NCBI GenBank assembly: GCA_048128005.1
Contig: JBEUKZ010000010.1
Coordinates: forward strand, 620,001-684,000
Source of the DNA: Veleropilina oligotropha
Lineage: Eukaryota
DNA length: 64,000 nucleotides
Reading direction: 5' to 3'
Every line of letters starts with the position of its first letter. Position 1 is the first letter of the stretch. The notes under the pieces are model-generated. The model saw only the letters and a list, made by a program, of their open reading frames with translations. It was not told the origin of the DNA and searched no databases. The position numbers and the translations under genes are program-made. This document shows positions 61,452 through 64,000 of the stretch, piece by piece.

Positions 61452-63350
61452 GGCTGCCGGCACACACGAGAATCCCAGCTGCCCGCTTCCGCCGGTGGAA
61501 ACGTGTCTGTTAGCGTACAGCCAGCCGTGGCTAGAACTAACAGACAGCAGCTGGGTCCACTCAGTCGTGAGTGCCGGATACAAGTTGGTATTCAACCGGC
61601 ATCCGACCCTAACCGAGGCACCACCACCAAGCCGCGCTCGCCCTCTGCAAGGCGAGAAACAAGCGGTCTTAGACCAGGCAGTGCGGGACTTACTCCTCAA
61701 AGGAGCGATATATCCCGCGCCGCCCAGCACACCAGGATTTACAGCCATTTCTTCCTGGTCCCGAGACCCGATGGCCGCTGGCGACCGATCCTCGATCTCT
61801 CGTATGTCAACCGATATCTTCGCACCGAGATATTCCAGCAAGAAACCCTCTCGAAGATACGAGCGGCCATCCGTCCGGGCGACTGGGCAGAGTCTATCGA
61901 TCTGACCGACGCGTATCTGCATGTCCCGATGCATATCACGGCTCATCAGTACCTTCGGTTTATACACGGGGAGACGATCTACCATTCAGGTGCCTACCGT
62001 TCGGTCTATCGTCAGCCCCGTACGTCTTCACGAGAACAGTACAGGCCCTCGGAGCCTTCCTACACTCTCTAGGGCACAGGGTATATATGTACCTCGACGA
62101 CTGGCTGATCCTCGGGGCGTCCCGGGATCTGTGCCACCGGTCTACGAGCTTTACCCTGTCATCGACGAAGCGACTGGGATTTCAGTCAACGAGACAAAAT
62201 CCTGCTTCGTACCCTCCAAGACGTTTACGTTTATCGGAGTCGACTTCGATACGGTCCGGTACACCGCGAAACCGACCCAGAAACGTATACGGAACCTACG
62301 CGCGGTTATTCATCGGAGATAACTACGGCGCGACTACTGGCCACTGTCCTGGGGCACATCGAGTCGGTAGCGACCCTGCTACCGACGGGTCGAATGGACA
62401 AACGACCGTTACAACAGGCGTTCAGAGATCGCTGGATACAACGGACGGGGCAGTGGACGGATCGTATCGATCTTCGGCGTTGGTTTACCCGCACGACAGC
62501 AGTGGGGTTGAACCCTGCTTTGCCGAGCCAGTCGGTTCCTATATCCCCGCCAGAGCCGAACGCTTACCTGTTCACAGACGCTTCGAACGACGGCTGGGGT
62601 GGTCACCTCGACAGTTACGAGACATCGGGCCTATGGCCGACAGACCTTCAGGGACGACACATCAACTTCCTAGAGTTAGAAGCGGTCTACCTGACAGTAC
62701 GGTCCCTCTCGTCACATCTCCGACAAGCATATAATGCTCGCCACGGACAATACGACTGTCGTCGCATACATTCAACACCAGGACGGCACTCGCTCGCGTC
62801 CCCTTTGCGACCGAGCAATCGACCTACACCGCCTAGTGATGTCCCTCAACTCGACGATACGAGCACGACACATCCCGGGAAAGCTGAATGTCAGAGCGGA
62901 CTCGCTCTCTCGGAAATCACAGATTAACACACAGAGTGGACGCTACACAGCCGAGTAGCTCGGGACGTTTGTCGCCGGTGGTCACAACCCCAAGTCGATC
63001 TGTTTGCAACAGAATTTAATTACCGACTACCTCTGTATGTCTCCCCGTACCCGGACCCGGCCGCCCTAGCGGTCGACGCGTTGTCAATGACATGGGAGAA
63101 TCTGTCCGTGTATGCCTTCCCCCCGTCGTACATCCTGACACTCGTACTACAAGAAGGCATCGAACGAACGTTGCGAGATAACGCTAATCGCGTCCCTGTA
63201 TCGCACGCAACCTTGGTTTCCGACCCTCCTCGATCTGATCGTCGATCGACCGTTAGCACTCCCGCAAAGACCGGACCTGTTAATGCAGGCGCGCAGTTGT
63301 GTATTACACCCGTCGCCGACGACTTACGTTTACACGCCTGGCGGTTATCG
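61400..63350 (+). pseudogene. DIRS RT/RNase H/methyltransferase, multiply frameshifted
   Basis: WRPILDL, IDLTDAYLH, YLDDW, FTDAS, HIPGKLNVRAD and YAFPP are distributed over several frames. Confidence 0.88.
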
Positions 63351-64000
63351 AACGATCCCTCGCTAAGAAAGGATTTTCTCGCGCTACAGCCCTACGCATC
63401 TACCGATCGAGAAGGCTTTCCACGTCTAAAGTATACGACTACCGATGGGTCAAATACGTGGATTGGTGTCACAGCCGGCAGGTCAATATTCTCCGCCCCC
63501 TGTGAACAAGTTTATCGAGTTTTTATCGTCGCTCTTTGAACGCGGAAGGTCAGTGTCCGCCGTCAAAGGCTATCGGGCAACGGTCACGACCACGTTAAAA
63601 CAGTGCCGTGCCCGGGTTAGCCTATCAAAGCGACCGAACGATTTTGGATTTTATACGATCCCACGAACTAGAAATTCCGACCCGTACGATACGGCCGCCA
63701 GCCTGGAACATCGTTCTCATTCTTAACGCTCTCCTTCTACACCCGTACGAGCCTATGGGCTCGGCCTCGATGCGGAACTTAACGCACAAAACGGTTTTTC
63801 TGATCGCCTTAGCGTCGGGCAGGCGTTGTTCCGAAATTCATAGTCTATCCGCAGAGCTACGAGACGTTCGTTTCCAGTCAGACGCGTCCTATCTTGGGTT
63901 CCTCGCCAAGAATCAACGGCCGAACGAAGACGCCCCCGATATCGTTATCCCCAAGGCTTACGCTGGTCGGAAGACACGATGTGGACCGATTAAACTGTCA
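63345..64000 (+). pseudogene. DIRS tyrosine recombinase, partial and frameshifted
   Basis: IERSLAKKGFSRATA, SAVKGYR and ASGRRCSEIHSL, homologous to copy 1. Confidence 0.85.

Larger units (their letters stand above)
58262..64000 (+). mobile_element. Second DIRS1-type retrotransposon (diverged subfamily), truncated by the window end; exact left end uncertain
   Basis: ATACTTACGTCCTTACT..TGCCATAAT shared with the copy 1 ITR. Homologous gag, RT/RH/MT and YR. Confidence 0.92.

Overview
AT-rich eukaryotic genomic DNA, probably from a marine invertebrate (inferred from the repeat repertoire). It consists almost entirely of non-coding and transposon sequence. The only host coding sequence I can support is one short candidate WW-domain exon (4441-4538). 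The centre is a nest of mobile elements. A ~1-kb P/hAT-type long-TIR element (33245-47121, 8-bp TSD ATTTGATA) carries two hairpin elements and a full-length but disabled DIRS1-type tyrosine-recombinase retrotransposon (35279-47065; ITRs, ICR, gag, RT/RNase H/MTase, YR). That DIRS carries a 4.4-kb Academ-type DNA transposon converted into a 2-kb-arm fold-back with an open XPG/PIN-like nuclease-CxC ORF. A second, diverged DIRS1 starts near 58260 and runs off the window. The window also holds three Helentron-type (HINE) elements with satellite arrays, tRNA-derived SINEs, hAT- and Harbinger-like MITEs and minisatellites. The most unusual signal is ten copies from five families, with no obvious body similarity between families, of short non-coding elements with one shared architecture. 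Each has a 120-155-bp terminal hairpin whose inner arm plus an adjacent inverted repeat is complementary to the two element ends joined together, i.e. a mimic of the circle junction like the DIRS ICR. They show no TSD, and one family occupies both sides of the same palindromic hexamer, which suggests tyrosine-recombinase mobilisation of a folded single strand. All alignments were made by eye.
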